Assembly (NCBI GenBank): GCA_019638185.1
Contig: JAHBUH010000005.1
Span: 61,300-125,299 of the forward strand
Reading direction: 5' to 3'
Length of the DNA: 64,000 nucleotides
Source of the DNA: Leadbetterella sp.
GTDB lineage: Bacteria; Bacteroidota; Bacteroidia; Cytophagales; Spirosomataceae
Shown: positions 1-8,436 of the stretch, piece after piece
How the letters are laid out: each line of letters begins with the position of its first letter
Numbering within the stretch: position 1 is the first letter of the stretch
Made by a program: the position numbers and the translations under genes
Notes under the pieces: generated by a model
Told to the model about the DNA's origin: nothing
The model's database searches: none
Seen by the model: only the letters and a program-made list of their open reading frames with translations

Positions 1-252
1 GGTATTCGCACTGTTCAGGGTGCTTAATGCCGTTACCACTATCAAAATAATGACTCCCAGCAGGTAGAAGTTAGAGGTGATCTTGGAAATGGGGCTGAGC
101 AGCACATCGGTGATGTTGGAATAATTCAGGATATTAATGCCCAGCTGGCTGTAATAAAGCGCTTCGCCCAGTATGCCCAGGATAACCATGTACAGGTAAC
201 CTATAGTAAGTACGCCCTGGATACCCTGGGACTGGTAGAGTCTTTTAATCAT
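1..252 (-). CDS. Hypothetical membrane protein, 5' part only (runs off the window edge)
   Basis: Manual translation, not in ORF track: ATG at 252, open to base 1: MIKRLYQSQGIQGVLTIGYLYMVILGILGEALYYSQLGINILNYSNITDVLLSPISKITSNFYLLGVIILIVVTALSTLNSANT, two hydrophobic stretches. Confidence 0.7.
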   Translation of the reverse strand, partial: MIKRLYQSQGIQGVLTIGYLYMVILGILGEALYYSQLGINILNYSNITDVLLSPISKITSNFYLLGVIILIVVTALSTLNSANT

Positions 253-282
253 ATATACCGCTAATCAGGCTGCAAATTAAAT

Positions 283-311
283 AAAAAAACCGCCCTTTTA
301 CAGGCGGTTTT
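283..311 (-). terminator. Intrinsic terminator after the acrB-like gene
   Basis: AAAACCGCC (286-294) pairs with GGCGGTTTT (303-311); on the minus strand the stem is followed by a U7 tract, 20 nt after the stop at 331. Confidence 0.8.
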
Positions 312-330
312 CTGATAAAAAGACGATTTC

Positions 331-3300
331 TTAATATTCCTTCACATCCCGGTGCTCGTAAGACTCTGTCAGGAGTTTATCTACAGGCAGCTCGGGTTTA
401 TTGAGTCCCAGGCGATTCAGGAGGCTGTCAAACATCTGGTAAACCACGGGCACTACGATCAGCGTCAGGAACAGCGAACTGATCAGGCCCCCGATAATTA
501 CCCAGGCCAGGCCGTTTTTCGATTCCGATCCGCTACCTGAGGCCAGGGCGATAGGCAGCATACCGAACACCATGGCGATGGTGGTCATCAGGATGGGACG
601 CAGACGGGCGTGGTTAGCCAGGATCAGCGCCTCACGGGTGCTCTTTCCTTCGGCCCGCAGCTGGTTCGTAAAGTCCACCAGGATGATGGCGTTCTTGGCC
701 ACCAGACCGATTAGCATGATCATCCCCAGCATGGTGAAAATGTTCAGGGTGTTATTCGTCAGTGCCAGGGCCAGCAGGGCGCCGATCACCGCCAGCGGGA
801 TAGAGAACAATACCACAAACGGGTGCACAAAGCTGTTGTAAAGGGCCACCATGATGAAGTACACCAGGATCACCGAAAGGATGATGGCGATACCCAGGGT
901 ACCAAAACCTTCCGACTGCATTTCCATATCCCCGCTCCAAACGTAGCTTACACCACCGGGCTTGGGAAGGGAATCCAGCTTAGGCTGCCATCCGGCTACG
1001 ACCACGGAGGCAGGAACCCCTACCGCCTGCGACTGCACCTTGATGGCCGTACTCTTGTCTCTTCTTTCCAGCTGGCTGGGACCTGAGCTTTCCCGTACCG
1101 CAGCAAACTGCGACAGCCGGATCAGCTCACCCCGCTTATTGGTGAAGAGGGTATTGCTCACATCGTTCACGTTTTTCCGGTCATAGTCGTCAAACCGCAC
1201 GTTAATGTCATATTCGTATTGTCCCTGGCGGAACTTACCGTTCGTGTTCCCGTTAAAGGCCGTCTGCATGGTAGCACCCACCGTGGAAAGATCCAGGCCC
1301 AGGGCCGCCATTTTGTCGCGGTCTACTTCTACGGAGATCTCGGGGTTACCGCTTTCCGCCGATAATTTGGCTTCTACCGCACCCGGTATTTTCTTCAGCT
1401 CGGCCAGCGCCTGTTCAGCGTAAAGGGTCACGCTGTCGCGGTCCGAACCCACCACCACCAGCTCAATAGGCGCCTGGTCAGCTGTACCGATAAAGCTCAC
1501 CGGCAGGGTCTTGATCTTGGCACCTACCAGCAGGTGCTGTAGCTCCTTCTTGATTTTAGCGGCATATACATCCGTGGCATCTGCCCGTTTTTCCTTATCT
1601 ACCAGCTTCACCATGATCTCGGCCTTATACGCCGGGGCCAGGGTGGCCACCATACCGTCACTCGACTGCCCCACAGAGGTGATCAGCGAGATGATCTCCG
1701 GCTTTCCGCTCAGGAACTCCTCGGCCCGCTGGGTCAGCTGGTTGGTTTGTTCAATAGCCGCATCCTTAGGCAGCTCGATCTGCACAAAGAACTCGCCCCG
1801 GTCAGAAGAGGGGAAGAATTCCCCGTTAATATAGCCGGCACCCACCAGGATAAAGGAGGAGAAGAACATCACAATCACAATTAACAGCGTGACGAACTTA
1901 TGGCCTAAACACCACTCCAGGATACTGGTGATCCAGCGGGTAAAGCGGTTCAGTTGCTCTTCAAACCACAGGATGAAACGGCTGAAGAAGTTACTGCCGT
2001 TAATCACTTCCAGCTTACCGAAACGCGAGGTCAGCAGGGGAACTATGGTAAACGAGGTCAGCAGGGAAAGCAATACCGAGATCACCACCACCAGACAGAA
2101 TTCACGGAGGATATCCGAAACCATACCCGTAGAAAGGGCTATGGGCAGGAACACCACCACAATTACCAGCGTAATGGAAATTACCGTAAAACCGATCTCT
2201 TTGGCACCGTCATAGGCCGCCCTTACCCGGTTTTTACCCATCTCCATGTGACGGTAAATATTTTCAATTACCACAATGGCGTCATCCACCAGGATACCTA
2301 CCACCAGGGATAGCCCCAGTAGTGACATCATGTTCAGGGAGAAGCCCATCAGGTTCATTCCAATGAAGGTAGCGATCAGGGATACCGGGATAGCCACCAT
2401 TACAATGAGGGAGTTCCGGAGGCTGTGCAGGAAGAACAGCATGATCACCGCCACCAGCACAATGGCCAGGAAGAGGTCAAATACCACGGCATTGGCGGAT
2501 TTCAGCGTATACTCGGAGGTATCGTTCGCCACGCCTATCTTCAGCCCTTCGCGGCTGTACTGGTTCTCCACCTTGGTCAGGATCTCCCGGGTAGCCCGGC
2601 TTACTTCCACGGCGTTCGCATCCGACTGCTTCAACACCTGGAGCGATATGGCACTCTTACGGTTTACCCTGGAGATCTTTTCCACATCTTTCTGGGCATC
2701 CTGCACGTCAGCTATATCCCGCAGACGCACCTGGGCACCCGTAGGACCGTCAGCGATCACCAGGTTACGGAGTTCTTCCACGTTTTTATATTTTCCGGAC
2801 AGACGCACCAGGATGTCCTGGTTATCTGATTTGATACTACCCGTAGGGAAGTCCAGGTTAGAACCCAGGATGGCCTGTTGCACCTGCAGGATAGACAGGT
2901 TATAACCTTCCAGCTTGGAGGCATTGATATTTACCTGGATCTCCCTTTCCTGTCCACCGATCAGGTTCACCTGTGCCACACCCGGTACCCGCGAAAGAAT
3001 GGGCTGGATCTGCTTGTCGATCAGGTCATAAAAAGTGGCGTCATCCAGGTTTGCCGTGGCAGAAAGGGTAAGGATGGGCAGGTCATCAAAGGAGAACTTG
3101 TTCAGCGAGGGTGCCTCGGCGTCATCCGGCAGCTGCGACAGCATGGCGTTAATTTTCCGCTGGGCGTCATTCAGGGCCAGGTCTACGTTAGCGCCGGGCC
3201 GGAGTTCAATGATCACCAGCGAGAGGCTCTCATACGAGGTAGCGTCCAGTTTTTTGATGTTTTCGAGCGATGCCACCGCATCCTCGATCTTTTTGGTGAC

Positions 3301-3486
3301 GGTGTTTTCCACCTCACCCGGCGATGCTCCCGGATATACCGTAGCAATAGACACTACCCCCGGCGAGAATTTGGGCAAAAGCTCATAATTCAGGCTGAAG
3401 TAGCTCAGTATACCGAATAGAGTGAGCGCGGTAAAGACCACAATCACAATAGACGGCCTTCTTATGGATATGTCAGCTATTTTCAT
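331..3486 (-). CDS. RND efflux permease, AcrB/AcrD/AcrF family
   Basis: 1051 aa, 12-TM RND pattern, GILVDDAIVVIENI and RLRPILMTT motifs. Confidence 0.95.
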   Translation of the reverse strand: MKIADISIRRPSIVIVVFTALTLFGILSYFSLNYELLPKFSPGVVSIATVYPGASPGEVENTVTKKIEDAVASLENIKKLDATSYESLSLVIIELRPGANVDLALNDAQRKINAMLSQLPDDAEAPSLNKFSFDDLPILTLSATANLDDATFYDLIDKQIQPILSRVPGVAQVNLIGGQEREIQVNINASKLEGYNLSILQVQQAILGSNLDFPTGSIKSDNQDILVRLSGKYKNVEELRNLVIADGPTGAQVRLRDIADVQDAQKDVEKISRVNRKSAISLQVLKQSDANAVEVSRATREILTKVENQYSREGLKIGVANDTSEYTLKSANAVVFDLFLAIVLVAVIMLFFLHSLRNSLIVMVAIPVSLIATFIGMNLMGFSLNMMSLLGLSLVVGILVDDAIVVIENIYRHMEMGKNRVRAAYDGAKEIGFTVISITLVIVVVFLPIALSTGMVSDILREFCLVVVISVLLSLLTSFTIVPLLTSRFGKLEVINGSNFFSRFILWFEEQLNRFTRWITSILEWCLGHKFVTLLIVIVMFFSSFILVGAGYINGEFFPSSDRGEFFVQIELPKDAAIEQTNQLTQRAEEFLSGKPEIISLITSVGQSSDGMVATLAPAYKAEIMVKLVDKEKRADATDVYAAKIKKELQHLLVGAKIKTLPVSFIGTADQAPIELVVVGSDRDSVTLYAEQALAELKKIPGAVEAKLSAESGNPEISVEVDRDKMAALGLDLSTVGATMQTAFNGNTNGKFRQGQYEYDINVRFDDYDRKNVNDVSNTLFTNKRGELIRLSQFAAVRESSGPSQLERRDKSTAIKVQSQAVGVPASVVVAGWQPKLDSLPKPGGVSYVWSGDMEMQSEGFGTLGIAIILSVILVYFIMVALYNSFVHPFVVLFSIPLAVIGALLALALTNNTLNIFTMLGMIMLIGLVAKNAIILVDFTNQLRAEGKSTREALILANHARLRPILMTTIAMVFGMLPIALASGSGSESKNGLAWVIIGGLISSLFLTLIVVPVVYQMFDSLLNRLGLNKPELPVDKLLTESYEHRDVKEY

Positions 3487-3496
3487 TAGGTATCAA

Positions 3497-3625
3497 TTTT
3501 TAGCTTTTAGCTAAGAGCCTTGAGCTATGAGCCGTGCGGCGGACCGCTTTATTCATTGACAGCAGGCTACATTTTGCCTGGTTCGTCTTTGATTCTCATA
3601 GCTCACAGCTCATCACTCATAGCTA
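3497..3625. repeat. Intergenic element with inverted heptamer arrays and GCGGCGGACCGC core
   Basis: Left TTTTTAG-CTTTTAG-CTAAGAG-CCTTGAG-CTATGAG (3497-3531); right CTCATAG-CTCACAG-CTCATCA-CTCATAG (3595-3622); CTCATAG is the reverse complement of CTATGAG. Confidence 0.65.
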
Positions 3626-3633
3626 GGGTATTT

Positions 3634-4692
3634 TTATTTCTGAATTTCGATGGCTACGCCGTCCTGGAGGTTGATCTGCCCGGAAATTACCACGGTTTGT
3701 CCTTCCGACAGCCCGCTCAGGATCTCTACGTTATCACCGAAAATGCTTCCGGGCGTTACCCGGGTAAGGGTTACCTTGTTACCGTTTACCACATATACCT
3801 GGCCGTTTCTCACACTCCCCACAAAGGCCGTACGCGGTACGGTCAGGATAGGAGCCGTTTTGGCAAAGTTAAAATTAGCAGAAGCATACATCCCCGATTT
3901 CACTTCGGAAGCGCCGGTAGGGTTCAGCTTGATCTCAATAGGGAAGTTCAGGGAATTATCCGCCTTCACCGAAATGAAAGAAACATAACCGCTGAAGGTC
4001 TTGTCCGGGAACACCGGGATTTTGATATCCACCTTGTCGCCCTTCTTCAGCTGCACCACCTGCTTCTCGTTCACGTTCACGTTCAGCTTCAGGCTGGAAA
4101 CGTCTACAAGATCAAACAGCTTGGTACCGGGGGAGGCATAAGAGCCCAGCTCAATGTACTTTTTGTTAATAATACCGGAGATGGGCGCTTTGATCTGTAC
4201 GTCACCGATCCGCTTCTGGATCTGGTCGATCCCGTTCTGGGCATTCTTAACGGCCAGGTTGATCTCGTCTACCTGCGCCTGGGTTACGCCGCCGGTTTTC
4301 AGTGCGCTCTCCAGCCGGTTTTTATCGGTCAGCAGTTTCTGGTATTGCTCTTTGGCATTCTGCAGGTCCAGGGCCAGGTACTTATCTTCCACGGTGGCCA
4401 GGATCTGTCCTTTGCCCACGCGGTCACCTTCCTTCACCCGGAGAGAAGTGATCCTTCCGGATACTTCCGACATAAATTCCAGGTCCTGGTTAGGTACAAA
4501 ATTACCGTTAGCCACAAAATCCAGGTCTATGGGCTTCACTTCCGCGTTAGCCACCTTCACGGGTACGGCACCGCCGGAAGCATTCACCACGTCTACCTTA
4601 GCCTGGTTTTCTTTCTTATTTTTACTCAGGATATACGCTATGGCTCCACCGAATCCTGCGAGTACTAGTATGGTAATGAGTATACGTTTCAT
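3634..4692 (-). CDS. RND efflux periplasmic adaptor (MFP)
   Basis: 352 aa, N-terminal TM anchor, lipoyl-like SEVSGRITSLRVKEGDRVGKGQIL and IKAPISGII motifs, between TolC and AcrB genes. Confidence 0.93.
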   Translation of the reverse strand: MKRILITILVLAGFGGAIAYILSKNKKENQAKVDVVNASGGAVPVKVANAEVKPIDLDFVANGNFVPNQDLEFMSEVSGRITSLRVKEGDRVGKGQILATVEDKYLALDLQNAKEQYQKLLTDKNRLESALKTGGVTQAQVDEINLAVKNAQNGIDQIQKRIGDVQIKAPISGIINKKYIELGSYASPGTKLFDLVDVSSLKLNVNVNEKQVVQLKKGDKVDIKIPVFPDKTFSGYVSFISVKADNSLNFPIEIKLNPTGASEVKSGMYASANFNFAKTAPILTVPRTAFVGSVRNGQVYVVNGNKVTLTRVTPGSIFGDNVEILSGLSEGQTVVISGQINLQDGVAIEIQK

Positions 4693-4708
4693 TGTTTATC
4701 TTTTTATT

Positions 4709-6061
4709 TTAGTTTATCGCCAGGTTTTTGATTTCCCCCCGGGCTTTCATTAATTCTATTTCAGCTACCTTGAATTGCAGCAGTGCATCGCTGTAGGCAT
4801 TTTGCGTACTGGTCAGCTCTGACTCCGCATTCAGCAGATCGGTCAGGTTCACCAGGCCCAGGCGGAAGTTACTGTTGATGTTTTCGTACACTTCCTTGGC
4901 CAGCTCCAGGTTAGCCCGCTGATTCTCAATGGCCTCAATGCTGTTCTGCATCTGTATTTTGGCGTTGTCATAAGCCATCTTCAGGGCATTGGAGGTCATA
5001 TTGATCTCTTCCCGGTTTTTCAGGATATCCACTTTGGCCTGGTCTACCCGGGCTTTCTTGGCCCCCCCGTCAAAAATCGGGATGTTGATATTTAACGCGA
5101 AATTCATCATGCTGTAATTCAGCGCACCCGGGAAGTACAGGTTAAACCGGTTACTCTGGCTGTTCTGGATGTATGAGCCGCTCAGGGAGGCGGTAGGGTA
5201 AAACTCCGCCCGCTTGGCATCCAGGTTCAGGCCCAGCAGTTCGTCCTGTTTGCGGAGTACCTTCACACTCAGCAGGGATTCCGGATCCAGCTGAGGGGTG
5301 ATCTTCAGGCTGGCCGCCAGTGACTCCAGCTTCCGGATGTCTTCATCCGGGAGCACGATGTTTTCCGACATCGGCATGGCCATGGAGTACTTCAGTACAT
5401 TCTTCTGAAGCTCAATGGCGTTCAGGAGCTGCATCTTCTGGGTTTCCAGGTTCACACGGTTTACCCGGATCCGGTCCACATCGATCTTCTTGCCCAGGCC
5501 GTTCTCGTACAGGCCCTGCAGTACGCCCTGAAGCTTATTGATCCGCTCCAGGTTATCGTCTATCAGCCCCAGCTTGTGCTGGTTCACCAGCACCTGGTAG
5601 TAGTTGGTGGCTACCTGCTGAACCACGTTTTCCTCGCTGAGCTCTTTCATGAGGTTATAAAACTCGGCACTGCCGCGGGCGGCCTTCAGACCGGTGAATA
5701 GCTGCTGGTTATACAGCTGCTGGCTGACCTGCAGATGGGTCATGGCATTCCAGGTCTGGCCGGCCTTAATAGCGATAAATTCACCGGGTGTACCCCCGAA
5801 AGCCTCTGCAGGCAGTACAAACTGCTGTACTACGGGGTTTAGGGTGAGGCTGGAAACCGCGCTGATCTGGGGCTTGGCACTGGCCCGGGTTTCTTTCACC
5901 ACGTTCAGACCGTTTTCAATATCCAGCTGGGCCTTTTTAATGTTCTCACTGTTCGCCAGCGCATATTTAATAGCGTCCTGCAAGGTGAGTGTTGTCTGTC
6001 CGGAAGTTCGGAGAGCGGAAATGAACAGGAACATTCCCGCAATTAGCATTCTAGATTTCAT
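4709..6061 (-). CDS. TolC-family outer membrane efflux protein
   Basis: 450 aa, signal peptide, LTLQDAIKYAL start, NIPIFDGG motif, operon with MFP/RND. Confidence 0.92.
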   Translation of the reverse strand: MKSRMLIAGMFLFISALRTSGQTTLTLQDAIKYALANSENIKKAQLDIENGLNVVKETRASAKPQISAVSSLTLNPVVQQFVLPAEAFGGTPGEFIAIKAGQTWNAMTHLQVSQQLYNQQLFTGLKAARGSAEFYNLMKELSEENVVQQVATNYYQVLVNQHKLGLIDDNLERINKLQGVLQGLYENGLGKKIDVDRIRVNRVNLETQKMQLLNAIELQKNVLKYSMAMPMSENIVLPDEDIRKLESLAASLKITPQLDPESLLSVKVLRKQDELLGLNLDAKRAEFYPTASLSGSYIQNSQSNRFNLYFPGALNYSMMNFALNINIPIFDGGAKKARVDQAKVDILKNREEINMTSNALKMAYDNAKIQMQNSIEAIENQRANLELAKEVYENINSNFRLGLVNLTDLLNAESELTSTQNAYSDALLQFKVAEIELMKARGEIKNLAIN

Positions 6062-6335
6062 CCAATGAGTGTTTTGTTGGGACTGTAAATACAGTGTTAT
6101 TCAATTAAGTATAGCTTTGCGTATTTCGGGAGGCAAAGTTCGGCAAGTTTTTTTTGCATAAAAAGATAAAATCATTTAAACGGACATTTTTGGGTATGAA
6201 ATTCATAGACGTAAGAGGGTTATTTTCAAATTTTTAACTATTCAAAGAATATTTTGCAATTATCATAAACCAATTATTTGTACAAAAATAGCCGGCCCGG
6301 GTGACAGCCCTGTGTCAGTAGCCTTTATCAGGTAT

Positions 6336-7091
6336 CTATTTTCCTTCCAGCCAGTTCATCAGCGGAGTATGCTTTTCTTTACTGACAGTGATGGTCTCAT
6401 CATGGGGCACGGTCAGCAGCAGGGCCAGCTTACGGGCGCCGTAATTTTCTACTGACCTTATGGCATTCCGGCTGACCAGGTACTGGCGGTTAGCCCGGAA
6501 AAAACCGGAGCCCAGCCGCGCTTCCAGGTCATCCAGCGTACGGGTGATAAAATAAGATTTCTCATCAAAGGTCTTCAGCAGGATGGTTTCATTCCGGATA
6601 CAGATCAGGGCGATGTCCTTTTCAGAAACCGGGATGATCTGGTCTTTGTAATGCACCAGCACCGAAGTGGTCCGGGGCCGTTGGTCCAGCACATTCAGCA
6701 GGGCTTCCAGGTTATTGGGGGCCGGGGCCAGGATCTTCTTCAGGTTTTTGTATTTATCCAGCGCGTTTTTAATGGTATTCACCGAAAACGGCTTCAGGAT
6801 ATAGTCGATGCCGTTCGTTTTGAAGGCATTCAGGGCGTATTCGTCGTAAGCGGTACAGAAAATGACAGGGATATCCGTCTTCCTCTCGCGGAAGATCTCA
6901 AAGCTCAGGCCGTCACCCAGCTGGATATCGGAAAAGATCAGGTCGGCTTCCACCGGTCCTTCAAAATAATCCAGCGCTTCCTTCACCGAGCTCAGGCTGG
7001 CTACGATCTCCGTGGCCGGTTCCGTACGCTGAATGACCTCTGCCAGGTCTTCAGCGGTAAGCTTTTCATCTTCTATGATGATGATCTTCAT
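6336..7091 (-). CDS. LytTR-family response regulator
   Basis: Receiver (IIEDE, DIQL, FCTAYDEYA, KP) plus C-terminal FFRANRQYLV LytTR motif. Confidence 0.93.
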   Translation of the reverse strand: MKIIIIEDEKLTAEDLAEVIQRTEPATEIVASLSSVKEALDYFEGPVEADLIFSDIQLGDGLSFEIFRERKTDIPVIFCTAYDEYALNAFKTNGIDYILKPFSVNTIKNALDKYKNLKKILAPAPNNLEALLNVLDQRPRTTSVLVHYKDQIIPVSEKDIALICIRNETILLKTFDEKSYFITRTLDDLEARLGSGFFRANRQYLVSRNAIRSVENYGARKLALLLTVPHDETITVSKEKHTPLMNWLEGK

Positions 7092-7093
7092 AA

Positions 7094-8188
7094 TTAAATA
7101 GTTTCCGTAACAGGTGACAATAGGTTTTCAGCATTCAAAATCCGGATCTTCACGATAAAATCTTCGCGGTTCTCGATGATCTGCACGCAGTCTCCGGAGA
7201 GTATCCGGTAACGCTCGGAGAGGTTACTGAGGCCGTTACCGGTAGATTCCGACATCGACCTTTTGGGCTGGAGATTATTTTTTACTTCCACCCATCCGGC
7301 CGCGTCCGAGATCAGGATCTTCAGCGGGGCCGCCGTGGTCAGCTCATTGTGCTTAATAGCGTTTTCCAGCAGGGGCTGCAGGGAAAAAACGGGCAGGTAG
7401 CCGCTTTCGGTGTCGGCGATGTCCACCTCGTAATGCAGGGCATTCCCGAACCGGATCTTCTGCATCTCCATGTAGTCACGGCAGATCTTCAGCTCTTCGG
7501 CCAGAGGCACCAGCACTTTTTTATTCTGGTTTACGGAGGCCCGCAGGAAATCCGACAGGCTGATGAGGTATTCTTCGGCCGTGTCCGGGTATTTCCGGAT
7601 CAGGGATTTCAGCACATTCAGCGCATTGAAAAGGAAATGGGGCTGGATTTGCTGCCGGAGCAGCTGGTTTACCGTTTCAGCGTTTATGGTTCGCAGCTGC
7701 GAGTTTTCCAGGTCTACTCTCACCTTCATGTCCTGGAGAATGATAAAATTATGCAGGAAGTACGTCATGGTATAGATAACCGTGCTGGCTACGAAAAAGA
7801 ACAGGTACACCCAGTTACCCAGCCGGATCATTTCTTCACTGACATAAACCACTGTCATGTATCCCTTTTTAATGAGGAAAACATACAGGGAATGGAACCC
7901 GAAGAAAATAACGGCCGTGCTAAAAACGCCGCAGAGAAAATGGCGCTTATCATTAATGCTCACGTAGCTGTCCTGCAGGGGGCTCCTTTTGTAAAAACCT
8001 TTCAGAAGACAGAGGTTAAGCAGGCTGAAACTATAGAAAAGCAGGAAATTACTGACCACCCGGTAGACCACGGCAAACCAGCTTTCATCCTGCATAAAAG
8101 AGCCGAGAAAGGAGATCATCGAGACCGTAAGTGCAAATGCTAAACTGTATTTCAGAATATTCCGTACGGGAATTTCATAATCTTTCAT
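7094..8188 (-). CDS. LytS/YehU-type sensor histidine kinase
   Basis: N-terminal TM helices, QIQPHFLFNALN, LQPLLENAIKH, GNGLSNL motifs; 2-nt gap to the LytTR gene. Confidence 0.92.
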   Translation of the reverse strand: MKDYEIPVRNILKYSLAFALTVSMISFLGSFMQDESWFAVVYRVVSNFLLFYSFSLLNLCLLKGFYKRSPLQDSYVSINDKRHFLCGVFSTAVIFFGFHSLYVFLIKKGYMTVVYVSEEMIRLGNWVYLFFFVASTVIYTMTYFLHNFIILQDMKVRVDLENSQLRTINAETVNQLLRQQIQPHFLFNALNVLKSLIRKYPDTAEEYLISLSDFLRASVNQNKKVLVPLAEELKICRDYMEMQKIRFGNALHYEVDIADTESGYLPVFSLQPLLENAIKHNELTTAAPLKILISDAAGWVEVKNNLQPKRSMSESTGNGLSNLSERYRILSGDCVQIIENREDFIVKIRILNAENLLSPVTETI

Positions 8189-8436
8189 ACCGCAAAGTTA
8201 CGGCAATGCGGCTGTCCGGTAAAAACAGATTAACTCCAAAGCGGACAAAACCGGCTGTGAGTCAGTTTACTTAGAGGAGGAGGCAGTGGTAGGTGAAAGG
8301 GCCGGCCGGAACTTCGCGATGACTAATTATATATTTAGTTGGCCGTATTACTTCTCCGATTTTATTCGTAAATTACGGACTGTTCCGGTACCCCACAAAC
8401 CCACCGGGAGGTATATTATTTAATCAAAATTTAATT

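Noticed and set aside
3520-4668. 382-aa plus-strand ORF
   Set aside because: Antisense shadow of the MFP gene; no recognisable motifs
6100-6330. LytTR direct-repeat operator upstream of tolC
   Set aside because: Only weak GTC-starting matches about 25 nt apart; not convincing by eye
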